A DNA stretch of 64,000 nt from Adineta vaga. Taxonomy: Eukaryota > Animalia > Rotifera. Of this stretch, positions 1-14,400 are shown piece after piece (the first letter of the stretch is position 1; the number at the start of each line of letters is the position of its first letter). The notes under the pieces were generated by a model, which was given only the letters and a program-made list of their open reading frames with translations, did not search any database and was not told the origin of the DNA. The position numbers and the translations under genes are program-made. The stretch spans positions 5,952,001 through 6,016,000 of the forward strand of contig CP075495.1 in NCBI GenBank assembly GCA_021613535.1, in the 5' to 3' direction.

Positions 1-639
1 TTGTTTTGTTCTTATTTGTCGATGAGAAGATCATTTGAATGTCACGCAATTATTATGTATATAATAATATAAATATTCATCATGAAAAGAAATTTCCTGG
101 AGAATTGAATAAACAATATCAAGGTTTACGGAACTTTATGCATGATTGATATTGTTTATTCTATGAAATGAAAGTATTATCATTAAAAATCTTCTCTGCT
201 TCGCATCAGTCTCAAGAGATATTGACGAATGCACAGAAAAAATACATCTTCCTATCGTAATAGAACTCAATTAAGAATAGCTTAGTGGAGAAAATTATGT
301 TTGAGATATTCAATAGAGGTACCCGATGGAGAAGAGGAAACTAATTTCGAATATTGATTGATTTTGTTTTTGATGAAAAAAACATAGATTATATTGTTAT
401 TAACATAGTTAATAAGATAAAACTGAATTTGACAGTAAATCAATTAATAATTCTCATTACTTTCGTTTTATGGTGAATCATCAGATGAGAAAATAACTTT
501 CATAATCCGAAGTACATTCATTATAGCTCACTATACTATTATGAATGAAAAACAAATACATGAAGTGTTGAAATTGTGTGTTTGAAAACTGAGAATAAAT
601 AAATCTCATTTCATTGCCTAATTCAAATTATTATTTTAG

Positions 640-3600
640 CCATGTAATCATTTGTGGTCATATAACACCACATTCTATGACGACATTTCTACGTGATTTT
701 CTACATAAAGATCGTGATCAAGCTGAAGAACTTGATGTTGTCATTATTAATAAGTATGATATCGTATGAACTCAAAAAGTCAAAATATATTAATTGTTTT
801 TTTCTACTTTGTTTAAAGAAAAACACCAGAAATTGAAATGGAAGCTTTATTGAAACGATACTATACGAAAGTTCAATATTTTGTCGGAACTGTCATGAAT
901 GTTGCTGATTTACATCGAATACAGGTATAGTTGTATTTTTTTAGTGACAATCCAACTGTTTTTTTCTTTTCGATGATAATTATGTTCAGGTTGATAAAGC
1001 AACTGCTTGTTTAATCATTGCTGATAAAGAATGTCCAGATCCTGATGGTGATGATTCAGCTAACATAATGCGAGTGATTAGTTTGAAAAATTTCAATCAA
1101 CGTACTCGAGTGTTATTACAACTTTTACACTATAAAAATAAAGTAATATTTTACAGATAGACGAGTTCTAAACATATACAAAAAAAATCTTAATTTCTAG
1201 ATGAATGTAGCTTCAATACCAGGTTGGAGTGCTAAAGATGGAGATGAAATTATTTGTATTGCAGAATTAAAACTTGGTTTAATTGGAATGTCGTGTACTG
1301 TACCTGGATTTTGCACAATGGTATCAAATAATCGAATGTGTAGAAATTTTATTACAAATAAAATATTATTTTCCTAGATGACGAATATTTTCCGTATGTC
1401 AGCTTATAAAACACGTTCATCACAAGAAATGGTACGTTGAAAACATCATCTTACATCAACATAAGTTCTCTATGTTGTTAAATGTTTAATTCGTTTCAGT
1501 CAAAAGAGTTAGACTTTTTGAAAGGGGGGCATTAATGATGACCAACATTTTCATTTATACAGTAAAATCAAAATTCTTCTCATAGTTCTACGTATGTCAT
1601 AAATTTTCAAGTTTCGATGATGAGAATGTAAGTTCATATATAAACGCCGGGAGTTTTGTATGCTTTTTGTATATTATTATTTTATATTATTATGGGGATA
1701 TAATTTATGACCAACAGGAAAATATGACTGGTCAATTTCTTGTTGAAATCTTGATCTTTCTATATTTTTGTTGATTATTCAAGAATATGCTTATAACACA
1801 CTGGATTTATTTTATAGAATGCTTATAATAATAATAATATTGATCGATTAACTCTTTTTCGTTTTTTTTATCGACTAGACACAAGCTTGGCATTGGCGTG
1901 AATTATATCATCGTGGCGCAGCAATGGAAATGTATCTTGAAGAGTTGCCACATTCATTTTATGGAAAAACATTCACCGAAATGGCATTGTATGTTCATTT
2001 AAAAATTATTCTTTGTGAACGAAATTTTTTATTTATTTGTTGTTTAGAATTTGTTTTAAACTTCGAGTAATGATTTTAGCTGTTGAAATGAAACATACAG
2101 ATGAAAATGGAAATACACGAATGATTGTTGAAGTTGCACCAAAAGATGGTTGTATCATTCTTTCTGGTACTCGAGCTTTTATGGTATGTAGTTCAAGTGA
2201 AGATGCAAAAAGGTATGCGAATAATTCAATGAATTTTTTCTTTGTTTTCTTTCATTGATATATGGTTCTATTCTTGTTTCTAGAGTGAAATATTATTGTT
2301 CTATTTGTTATCCAAATATAGATAATTTAAAACCTACACAAGTGAAACGAATGAGAAAATGTCGACATAGTAATTTAGCGTACGATGAATCTTTCTCATA
2401 AATTGTCAAATCTTTTTTAGCTGCCGTTTCTGAGGAAATGGTACCAATCGATATACGTTCAGTTAGTCAATCATCAATTGGAAAAGAAAAGAATAAAAAT
2501 CCTATTGTGTAAATTAAACTATTGTCGAAAAAAATATCTTTTTCAGAAAAAAGATATTTCTCTACTATTTAGACGTTTATTAGAAGGTGATGTCCACCGT
2601 CCATTACTAATTTGTCAGCCAGAACAAACTGATTCAACTTCACTAACACAGAGTGAACCGTGCGTATCATATATGATTGTATACTTGTGTTGCTTATGTG
2701 TAGGCAAAATCTTGTTATCTATATATTGTTACCTGCTTTGTTTCCTATCTATTTCATTGCATGTAAGTCCAACACTTTTGTATTTCATATAATTCTTGTT
2801 AAATCTATATATTGATTTAATCAAGTTGTTTCTTTTTATTTTAAATCAGACCTACCGATGAAAATATGTCAAATTTTGATTCAACTGGAATGTTTTATTA
2901 TACACCACCACGACGTATTGAAGAAGCTGTTCTTGTATGTATTTCAAATGCAACTAAAATTCTTCATAGTTTTAATTTGTACTATCAATAGCATATGGAA
3001 TCATTACGTGAACGTCGTCTTGCATTTCGTCGACAGAATACTATGCGAGATGGAAAAACAGTTGGTTTTCAACAATCACATTTTACTCAACCAACACACC
3101 CAGTTCATTTTCAAGATCGTAAGTTGAATCCACCACTCAATCAACATAGTTCATGTAATTTATCTAATTTGATATTCCATTTGTTAGATGTTATTGTTTG
3201 TCTTCATGCTGACAAATCATCTCCAACGATTGGTTTACGTAATTTTGTAATGCCACTTCGTGCTAGTTCATTTCATCGTCAAGAATTACCAACAATTATA
3301 TTTGTTACTGATCTTGATTATATCAGAAATGAATGGGATATGATTTGTACATTTCCTGATATTTATATTCTCAATGTAAAATTTTTCGACCAAGATATTT
3401 CCTCATTGTATGAACAATTTTGTTTATTATATTAGGGTTCCCCAAGTAATCCATACAATTTACAATTAATATGTATTCAAGATTGTCGTCAATGTGTTAT
3501 TATTTCGACATTAGATCGAGAAAATCTTGATACATATCTTGTCGATAAATCATCGGTACTTTGTACATTAAATATTCGACAAATTGAAATGAAATCCGCC

Positions 3601-4664
3601 GGATATGTTTCAGTTATGAATTTAACTGGACAAAATACATTTGATATGAATACAAATCAAACTAGAGCTTTACTTCAAAATACAATTCGAACATTAACAA
3701 CATTAAGTAAGAAAATAAAATGATCGGATTTGTTTGATATTAGTTTCTTGTAGCTATTGATTCAAATGTACAATATGTTGAACAAGGTAAAGATAAGATT
3801 GTTTTTCTTTAAAATTGATTATCTTATTGATATATTCTAGGTGATACAGATGAAGTTGAATTAGAATTTTATTTAACTACACCATTTGCATCTGGTATGT
3901 ATAGAATTTATTGAGTTTTACTGGTTTTGGAGAAAATCAAATGATATTTGTTTGTTTAAGGAGCTGCATTTGCTGATAGTGTTCTTGATTGTATTCTAAG
4001 TTGTGTAAGTTCAATTTATTATATTTGAATTCAGAGTATGAATATGTTGTTGATTGTTTTTTTCAAGGCTTATTATAATGATAATGCAGTAAATTTACTT
4101 CGAAATATTTTAACGGGTGGTGTCGATTTACAACTAGAAGAAATTCTTGCTGAGGGTGGTGGTTTTACTCGGTGTGAATCCATAGATATATTGAAAAAAC
4201 GGAATCGAGCTCGTGTTGCTGTTCTTGAAATTCGAGAATTAATACCAGATATTGATATTCGAGTATGAAATCAATAAATCTTCTTATATACTATGCATTG
4301 TTTCATTTAATTCTTTTTATAGACCGATCCAATTACTTTTAGTGTTTTATTTTGTGAAGCCATTCAACGTCATCATATGATTGTTATGGGTATCTATCGT
4401 TTATTAGATGTATTGCTTCGAAATGATCCAAAAACGAATACAAAGCAATTTATCGGTGGTCATAAACGTATCGTTATCTGTTATCCACCATATGATTATC
4501 ACATGGATCCATCGGATATGGTTTGTAGATTAGTTTTCTTTCGTTGATTTTGAGAATAAGAAATACTTTTTTTAATCTATTAGGTTTATGTCATGCAACA
4601 ATCTCGTCCATATCTTGATCAACTTTCACGACAAAATTCTTGCTCATCACCACAAACACGATAG
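640..4664 (+). CDS. slo: Slo/BK-family K+ channel alpha subunit, C-terminal RCK1-RCK2 part (multi-exon; 5' part lies upstream of the window)
   Basis: Spliced translation gives HVIICGHITP..FLRDFLHKDRD, DSANIMRVISLKNF, ICIAELKLGLIG, IGLRNFVMPLRASSF and a Ca-bowl-position segment NVQYVEQGDTDEVELEFYLTTPFASG. Stop TAG at 4662-4664. Confidence 0.9.
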
Positions 4665-5502
4665 ATCTTATTTTTACCTCATGTAGCTGTTGTATTTTAT
4701 CAAATCTTTTTTCGTATGAATATCTTTATTGACGTATATTTTAGTGTTTTGTTTTTTATTCAACTATATTAACGATTATATTTCAATTAAAATGATGGCC
4801 GATAATTTTCAACTAGGAATTTCTAAAGAATGACTCGTATTATACATAATCAAAATATCCTATAGTGAAAATCGTACATCAAATCAATTAAATAGAGAAA
4901 TGTTTTCATATACGCAACAATTAGTTAGACATCAGTAGAGTTTATTATGTAAAAGATCTGTTAGTAATGAATCAGATAAATCAATATTAATCGATAAACA
5001 TACTCAACTAGAGTAGTTCCTTTTTATCCATAATAAATCTTGCGTAGGTTTATATGAAAGATACAATCATTCGATAAACGTCATCAACGTATTTTTTGTT
5101 ACAATAGAGTCAAACTTTCTGATACTTATCATTGAGAAAGTTTATCTGAGAATAAAAAATGAGTAATGATTTTCTTTACATACAATTATTTAATTTGTGA
5201 ATGTTCCCTGTTATGAAAATATTTTACTTGTCAACAAACTTAACTATGCATTTTTCTATGAAAGAAAACATACGCACTTTTTATTTCGAAATGCTTCAGT
5301 TACAAAAACGAACGAACGAACGAACGAATCAATTACATAGAGACTATTTCTCATCAATGAGTCACATCCCAATACGATGAGAGAAAAAAAAATCAAACGT
5401 CGATTTGTCAGGTAGTTACAAGGTTATTCTGTTTCATTTGGTCACATTTTTACTTGTTTTAGTTTATTATTCACAAGACAATCTTTTGTGTAGCATTCAA
5501 CT

Positions 5503-6127
5503 ATGTAAGAAACTATCTTTTGATTGAAAGTGATATGGAAATATTTGTTTCTGATCTAGGGATACAGGCATTGTTAATCCAAATTATCAACCACAGAGTG
5601 TTTATTACACATCTCCAGGACAATTCCAACATCTACAAGGACAAGTTAATGATGTAAATAGAGGAAAAAAAGATTCTTTCTTGTTCTAAAATGATTTGAT
5701 TTAAGGTTACGGAAATTATGAGAAATAATATTCGATTAGGATTAGAACGTGGTGCAAATCTTGATGATCTCGAAATTAAAGCAGGTAAGATATTTCTATA
5801 TCAATAGGAAATAATCATTCAATATTTTTTTTGTTCTATAATTTAGAGGATTTAAGTAATACCTCGAATGAATTTGCTCATAGTGCACATCGAGTTCGTC
5901 AAAAATTTTGGTGGCAAAATGTTCAGGTAAATATTTGGTTTGTGCAAGTTTATCTTATAAAGTATTTTTGTTTTCTCTAGATGTGGATTATCATCGGTTT
6001 AATTGCTACTGTTATTATTGTTCTCATCATTGGTAAGATGATTTTATTTGTATTTATATTATTTTTATATTGAAATATTCGATTATTTCTAGTTCTTTCT
6101 GTTCTTGCTGCTCAGAAGAAAATCTAA
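5503..6127 (+). CDS. Synaptobrevin/VAMP-family R-SNARE, copy A (6 exons, split start codon AT|G)
   Basis: Spliced: MDTGIVNPNYQP..LQGQVNDVTEIMRNNIRLGLERGANLDDLEIKAEDLSNTSNEFAHSAHRVRQKFWWQNVQ plus C-terminal TM. Zero-layer Arg in LERG. TAA at 6125-6127. Confidence 0.88.
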
Positions 6128-6708
6128 TTTCATATCGATTAATATTCATGTGATCAAATGTCTTTCAATATATTTTTTTTCTTTAATTATTCATTTGCGG
6201 GTAGTAGGTCTATGTTTTGTAATCACTTTTTGTCTCTTTTTTTTCTAAAATAAACAAAGGAACAAATAATAGAATATCTGTCGAAAATATATATATATAT
6301 ATATGTTTAATAAATCATTAGCTACGATTCGATTTTCTTATCAATTAGAAGATATATATTAATATCGAGTGAACAAAGTTTTTCGTATTCGATTGTAGAG
6401 TTATTTCTTAAAGATTATTGAATCAATTATACATACATAGAATTAGATTGCAAGAAGAACTAGACAGAACGTCTCTTGTTTTTGTAAAATATGTCGACTT
6501 CTATTGAGTATATCCTATTCATAATTCTGACAATATTACAGATATGAAAATATGAAAATTTTCAAAGATAATACAATCTGTCTTTCAATGATTCATATCA
6601 TCAACTGATAAAACCTAAGTGACTAACCAGTAAACTGATACTAATTCATGAAATATTTCTTTCGGTCATTTACTTTTAGTGTTCTACTAGATATAAAACA
6701 TATCAACA

Positions 6709-7367
6709 ATGTAAGAATTTTACAAGAACTAAACTGATTATAAGCTTTTGATTATTGTAGGACAGCGAAATTTTCAAATCCTAATTATCATCCGACTACT
6801 AGTGTTCATTATACTCCATCCACACATATTCAAGAAATACAAAAGGAAACTGATGATGTTAGTTTCAAATGAATATCTTTATTATCATACATTTTCTTTT
6901 GATTCAGATCATACGCATACAGAAAAAAAATTTAGTAGCAGTACTTGACCGTGAAGAAAAAATTGGTGATCTACACGATCGAGCTGGTGAGCAAAAAAAT
7001 ATTTTTCCAAAAAAAACTTTTTTCTGTGATTATTATAGAAAGACTAAATCAAACTTCAGATTTGTTTTCCATCAGTACAGGAAAAATTAAAAGAGGATAT
7101 CAAATAAAGAATCTTAAAGTACACACGTCTATACAATAAATTCTTCATAGTAATTCTCTCATTTATAGATGACTATTATTCTGGCAATTGTTATTCTTCT
7201 CATAATTACTGTTATTATAGGTATATGAATTCGATTTTTTTCCGAAACAGTTCGTATAAAATATGTTTGCATTCATTTTAGTTAGTATTGTTCTTTCCCT
7301 AAAATGTAGGTCAACATCTGTTTTATTATTTCAATCTGTCTGCGGCTATATTATGGAATTTTTGTAA
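6709..7367 (+). CDS. Synaptobrevin/VAMP-family R-SNARE, divergent tandem copy B (3' end uncertain)
   Basis: Same exon and phase pattern as copy A, including AT|gtaag: MTAKFSNPNYHP..IQKETDDIIRIQKKNLVAVLDREEKIGDLHDRAERLNQTSDLF plus TM (MTIILAIVILLIITVIIV). Confidence 0.8.
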
Positions 7368-8445
7368 TATTGATATCCCTTTTTTTTCCAATGTTGTAAT
7401 TAAAGTAAAATAAAACTTATACAGTAGTCAAGTCAAACTCTTGATGAATGATTCGAAATTCAAATGGATTCTTTATTTATTGATTGAATAAAACTAGTTC
7501 ATTCTATGCAAGATTCATATAGACATAAAGCAATTTGATACATAAGTTGTCCATTATCAATAACATTCTTCGGTGAAAAATTAGGACAAAAAAGTTTTGT
7601 TAGATACTGTAACATACAATTTCATGAAATATCTTTCAAGTAAATAGTGAATGTACACATCGTTTAAGAGTTTTCTTTTAACCTTGAAAATCTTTTTTCG
7701 ATATGTCAACCGTAAAGTGTACTTCACACATTTTGCCTTTTCAACAATATAAAGAATCTCGCGTGCATTTCATGGGGTTATAAATTTTGCTTTCATCAGA
7801 TATACTTTTCGTAAGATAAACATTTGAATAAAAATGATAGTAATCATTCTATTCCAAAATTTTCTTAATAGAAAGAAAAGGCTTTTTTCTGAACAGATGA
7901 TGGCGCCACTTGTCAATAATATTATTTGTAAACTAAATCTTAGTTTTTTTTTGTATAAATTAGAAAAATACAAAAATCATTTTGGAAATTTTCTTTTATT
8001 GTTTGACTGATAAAATATCTAGAGGATATAGTTGATAAATCTATGGTATACATGCTTGTCGAATGAAAATAGAGTGAACGTTAGAGAACAGCAAATACGC
8101 ATGCAAGCAATTTCTTCGTTCATTCATACATTCTAGAAGAAAAAAAAACCGCTTCCTGCTGATTGATTGACAGGGTTATCCTTCGCTTCTAGCATAATGT
8201 ATTGCATTGCCACATTCATCTCTGCATATACTCAGATAGGAAAGAGATAGTTTGCTCGTCCATGTTCATAAATTGACCTCGGAAAGAAACGAAAGAAGAT
8301 TCTTCAACTACTGTCATGCTTCTTCTTCTTCGATCGATTGAATAATCATTGACAAGATTACAAGGCAAACCAATTATTCTATATATCTAAGTGATACTGT
8401 TCTTCTCATTATTTTCTAACATCTATACATACAATAAATATATAT

Positions 8446-11400
8446 ATGGCTACAACAAATCAGTCGATTCATCTTGCCTTACCTTTGGATATTCAACAAA
8501 AACTTCAAGAACTTGAACTTGAACTAGCTGAAGGTATAATTTCAATAGAAATCAATTCTATTTTCGCTAATCTTTTCCTCTAGGTGATATTACACAAAAA
8601 GGTTTCGAGAAGAAACGTATTAAATTACTCACTCCATATCAACAGCAACTGGGTAATAGAATAATATTGATTTCAAACAAAGAAATTGAGAAAAGTAAAT
8701 CTTGATTTTTCTTTTTTAGTACAAAATTCAGTAAATACAAATAATATCAACAACAACAACAACAATAATAATAATCATCAAAAACAACATGAAAAATCTT
8801 CCAATCGTCATTCAAAAATTCATGGTCGACGTCAAAAACGTGATGGATATAATCGATACCATTCGGGTAAGTGTATCCATCTTGAAATAAGTTTTATATT
8901 TGATTGAATCTGTTAGACGTTCGGCAAGAAGCAGTTAAACAAGCATTGGAACAATTTGGAGCACGTCCAATTCCGTCATCGAAACGAATTCTCAGTTCAC
9001 AAACAAAACGTAAATAAAACAAAAGAATTTTTGCAAAAAGAAACTTCATTTTATTTTATTTATTTTAGATGAATCATCCGATGATGATGATGATGATGGT
9101 GAAAGTAGTTCAACATATGCAACAACGACGGATGATCAACAAAACAAAGAATCATCTATTTCACCCATTCCTATACCTATACAAAATCATCATTATCAAA
9201 ATCCTCCTACAGTTGAAGCAATTCTTAAAAGTAACAATTTCAAACTTTATCATAATTTTTTTCATTGTAATTTTCTTTCACAAAGGTATACAAGCACCAA
9301 CAGCACCACCACCACCTCTCATATCCTCATCAACATTTCTCTCCGATTTCATTCATCGTAGTCAAGAACCATCATGTACGTATCGAGATAACTAAACTTT
9401 TTTTGGTCATCAATTTAACTCTCATGAGAATTGTTGATTTTTCCCCCCCGATAATTCCCATTGGTAATCGAAGAAATATAAATAGATTTCTTTTTATTTC
9501 CTTCTTCGATAGTATCAAATATTGAATGTGATCTAACGCGAAGTGCTGGCGCACGTTATCGAGATTCAAATTCGGATTATGTTAATACAAGTCAACAACA
9601 TTATGTATTATATGGAGATCGAAATGCATCTATCGATTCATCGCTATCTATTTCGAATTCAATCAATCAAAATGAAGGTATAATTAATAAGTCACAAATA
9701 ATCGATTAAGAATAATTATTAATTTGAGCCACGAATGAATGTTCACTGTGTATTTAGAGAAGAAAAAGGAGAAAAGTGAGTGAGGCCAGAAAATATGTCC
9801 ATGAGTAAAGAGTGAAAAAGACAACTCTTTCCTTTTCTCTCTCTCTCGTTCACACACACGTACACACATTAACATCGTTCTTTGAAAGACATCGTATATG
9901 TAGACTCAATTGACATTTCAATTCATTTCTTTTCTTTCTCCTTTTTATGTCGCTGATTGTCGTATATGTATACATACATACATACATACATAAATAGGAG
10001 ACCTTATCGTTTCACGCACAAAATACAAAAAAAGAAAAGAATATAAAGAAGGAAAGAATAATCAACAGTTCACTATTCAACAAAATCCGAAAGACGGTGT
10101 TGATGATGCTGATGCTGAATGAACAGCCAAACGATGAGATGACAGACAATCGAGACATTTTAATACTTTCCACCAGACGAACCGCCTTCGGTATTATTAT
10201 TTTATAATAGAAGCAAATCATTAGACACTTATTACATATATATATATATATATATGTATGTATATATTTAGAACGTAAACCAAGCTTACGTGTTTCATCG
10301 AAAATTCTTGCACTTGTCAATACATTAAAAGTATGTCTCGTAATCAACAAGCGAAAAGAAAACTAAATGACTTTTTAATCTTTTCTTAATACTTTATTAG
10401 CGTCCTAAACGTAAACCAATGAAAGAATATTATGAAGATAATGAAGAAGAATTAGCAAGTAAGTTAATTCCAACCTAATTAACTTGAATTAATCATCTAT
10501 TCATTCAAGTTTCACCCATTGATCCTCTTTCACCAAGACCCGAAGGTGGAATATCAGTTCCATCGTGTGGTGAACAATTAGTTGTTTCATCCCAATGGCC
10601 TAAAACATTTCTAGCTGCATTACAACAACATGCGCTTCAACAACCTCGTACCAATGCTATTACAATACTCGATGAACAAACAAAACCTGCACATACACTT
10701 ACATTTCGTAAGTAGAGCAAAAAATTCAAACAATCTGATTTGATTTCACTTCATTAGTTATCTATAAATAGAATTCATTGATATAATTTTCTACATGAAT
10801 GAATCTTTAAATTTTAGTTAAACTATTCACACGTTCACAAAAGATAGCTTATAATCTTCTTCATAAAGTTCATTCACATGGTAATACTGGTAGTAATTCA
10901 CGAGAAAATTTACTTAAACCAGGCGATCGTGTACGTAAAAGAAAGCCTTTGATTTATATAAATAATTTGAAATTAATATTATCCTTCGTGTCATTTGATT
11001 TTAGGTTGCGCTTGTTTATTCAAGTAATGATCCAATTAATTTCATTTGTGCTTTCTATGGATGTTTACTTGCTGGAATTGTTCCATTACCTATTGATGTA
11101 CCATTAGCACGACGAGTATGAACTTATATCAATGAAAAATAATACAACAAGGAAATTAATTTATATATATATATAAATCTTTTTAGGATTGGCTTTCACA
11201 ACGTATTGGTATTCTTCTTGGTCAATTATCTATCAAAGTTGCATTAACATCTGATTCCTGTTACCGTCAATTACCCAAAGTGCAACAACATACAGCACCA
11301 CCTTCAGCAACAAATCTCAATGAAATTGTATCATTTAAAGGTTGGCCAAATTTAATTTGGTTTATTACTGAACATTTAACAAAACCACCAAAAGATTGGA

Positions 11401-14400
11401 CAACTACTGATTTACCACGTTCATCGTATGAAACAACACCAGCATATATTGAATATACATCTGTTAAAGATGGTAGTATTGTTGGTGTGACAATTAACTA
11501 TGAACAATTATTTGTACATACTCAAACACTTGTTAATGCATGTAAATATACGTCAACAGATATATGTCTGTGTTGTGTAGATTATAAACGTCAAATTGGT
11601 TTATGGCATACGATTCACGCAAATATTTTATCAGGTATGCAAGTTATATTTATTCCAACATCAATATTAAAATCTCAACCATCATCATGGTTACTATCCA
11701 TAACAAAATATCATGTAACAACAGCTATTGTACGTTCACGTGACATGCATTGGGCAGTATTAGCCATACGTGAAATGACAAATGTTTCAGCAACAATAAA
11801 TTTATCATCATTACGATTATTATTATTAAGTGATGGTTCAAATCCATGGTCATTAACTGCTGTTGATACATTTCTCTCAACATTTGTTTCTCGAGGTCTT
11901 CGGTCCGATTGTTGTTGTCCTTGTTCATATTCGTCGGAAACATTAACATTATCAATTCGAAGACAATATCATTCATCTTCATCAACACATCAATCAGGTC
12001 GTGGTATACTTTCAATGCATGCTTTAAGTTACGGTGTTGTACGTGTTGATCAAGATAATAGTTTAACGTCATTAACTATTCAAGATGTTGGACATGTTTT
12101 ACCTGGTGCCATTATTGGTATTATTAAAGTCGATGGACCACCATTACTTTGTCAAACAGATGAAATTGGTGAAGTTATTATTTCATCAAAAGCAACACCG
12201 AATGGTTATTGGGCATTGCCAGGCTTATCAATAAATGCATTCAAAGTTATACCATTAGGATCCGATGAAAGACCTATTGGTACACAAGAATTTGTTCGAT
12301 CTGGTTTACTTGGATTTCTTGGACCAGTAAGTTTAGAAAATTTTATTAATTTGTCTAAATTTGATATAAATGTTTCATTAGGGTGGTCTTCTATTTGTCA
12401 CGGGTAGTCGTGAAGGTTTAATGCAAGTGGCTGGTCGTAAACATAATAGTGATGATTTGATAGCAACAGCTTTAGCTGTTGAACCAATGAAAGTTGTCTA
12501 TCGTGCACGTGTTGTCATTTTTTCCATACGTGTTCTACGTGATGAAAGAATTGTTATTGTTGCTGAACAACGACCTGACATTGGTGAAGATGATTGTTTT
12601 CAATGGATGAGTCGTGTTCTTCAAGCTATTGATTCTATTCATCAAGTGGGAGTATATTGTCTTGCACTATGTCCAGCAAATACATTACCCAAGGTAGTCT
12701 AATTCATATTTCATTTTGTCTATTAAATAATGAATCAATTTAATTCAATTTTTGTAGAGTCATTCTGGTATGATCCATGTTCAAGAAACACGCCGACGTT
12801 TATTAGAAGGAAATCTACATCCATGCTCGTATGATATGAAAAGAGATGTGTAAAGTTTGATTTCTATTTCTATTTTCTTTTATAGAGTACTCATGTGTCC
12901 ACATTCATGTATTCTTAATTTACCTAAACCACGTGAACATCATCCTGAACGAGAAGTTGGTCCAGGTGCTATTCTAGCTGGTACAATTATTCAAGGGATG
13001 CGTTTGGCCGAAGCTAAAGGTGCCGATATGACTTTTAATGATGATCAAGAACCAACTGACCAAGGAAAAAAAGTAAGTTCTTATTCGAATAACTTCACAA
13101 TTCTGAATTATATTCATATATATCTAGTTTCAATATATCGATGATATTCTTCGATGGCGTGCAATAACAATGTCTGATCATATTCTTTATTCAGTTATCA
13201 ATGCAAAAGTACAGATTTGTGTTACATTTAAAACCACGTCATTCTATTTTTTGTTTCAAATAATTTTCAGGGACAAGAATCCGCTCATATTACTTGCTCA
13301 GCAATGCATAAGCGTAGTGAACGTATAGCATTAACAATGTTAGATCGAATTGAATTGAAATCATCCGATCACGTTGCGTTATTATATCCACCATGTGTAG
13401 ATCTTGTTTCAGCATTCTATGCTTGTTTATATATTGGTAATAGGAAAATGATACATCTTATCAAAATAAAACTATGTTTCTGTCTTTAGATGTTGTACCA
13501 GTATCCATTCGACCACCACATGCACAAAATCTTTTAAATACATTATCAACTGTGAAAATGATGATTGAATTAAGTCAAGCTAAAGTTATTTTAACAACTA
13601 GTTCCATTGCAAAATTACTTCGATGTAAAGTAAGCGAAAAAATTACTTCAATCTGTTCATCATCTTCATTGTCATCCATGTTTTTCATTGTTTTAGGAAG
13701 CAGCATCATTACTTGATCCAAAATTATGGCCAATGATCATTGATACAGATGATTTACCTAAACAAAAGAAAAATCAAGTTCTTCCAAAAAAATCCATCCC
13801 AACACAAGCTCAATCACTTTGTTATTTGGATTTTAGTATTTCAACAACAGGCTCATTAACTGCCGTGAAAGTATGTCAAACGAATTATTTCGAAATCTTC
13901 TATTTTGAATAATATATTTTTTTCTTCTCAGTTATCATATGGTGCTATTGCTAATCTATGTCGCTCAATTAAATTAGCTTGTGAGTTATATCCAAGTCGA
14001 GAACTTGTTCTTTGTTTGGATCCATATAATGGACTTGGATTAGTACTATGGTGTATCATTAGGTACGTATAGACTCGCGAAAAAATTACGTTTTTGTAGT
14101 TAATTAGGATATTCGCTACATAGTTTGAGAGGATGTGCAATTATTTAGTAATAATATTTGTTATTATTTAGTATCTATGCTGGTCATCATTCAATTCTGA
14201 TTGATCCAGCCGAAGTTGAACTCAATCCATCAGTATGGATGAATACAATTAGTCATTATAAAAGTAAACAGTCATTTGTTTATTCGAATTTTGACTTTTG
14301 TTTATGGATGATATCTAATTCTAGTTCGTGATACTTTCTGTTCCTACTCGGTGATGGAACTTTGTACAAAAGGATTAAGTACATCCATTGTTGATCTTAA

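Noticed and set aside
11725-12072. Antisense and alternative-frame ORFs overlapping real genes (also 16894-17178, 20997-21257, 40935-41222, 49938-50201)
   Set aside because: They are shadows of codon bias in real exons and carry no motifs.
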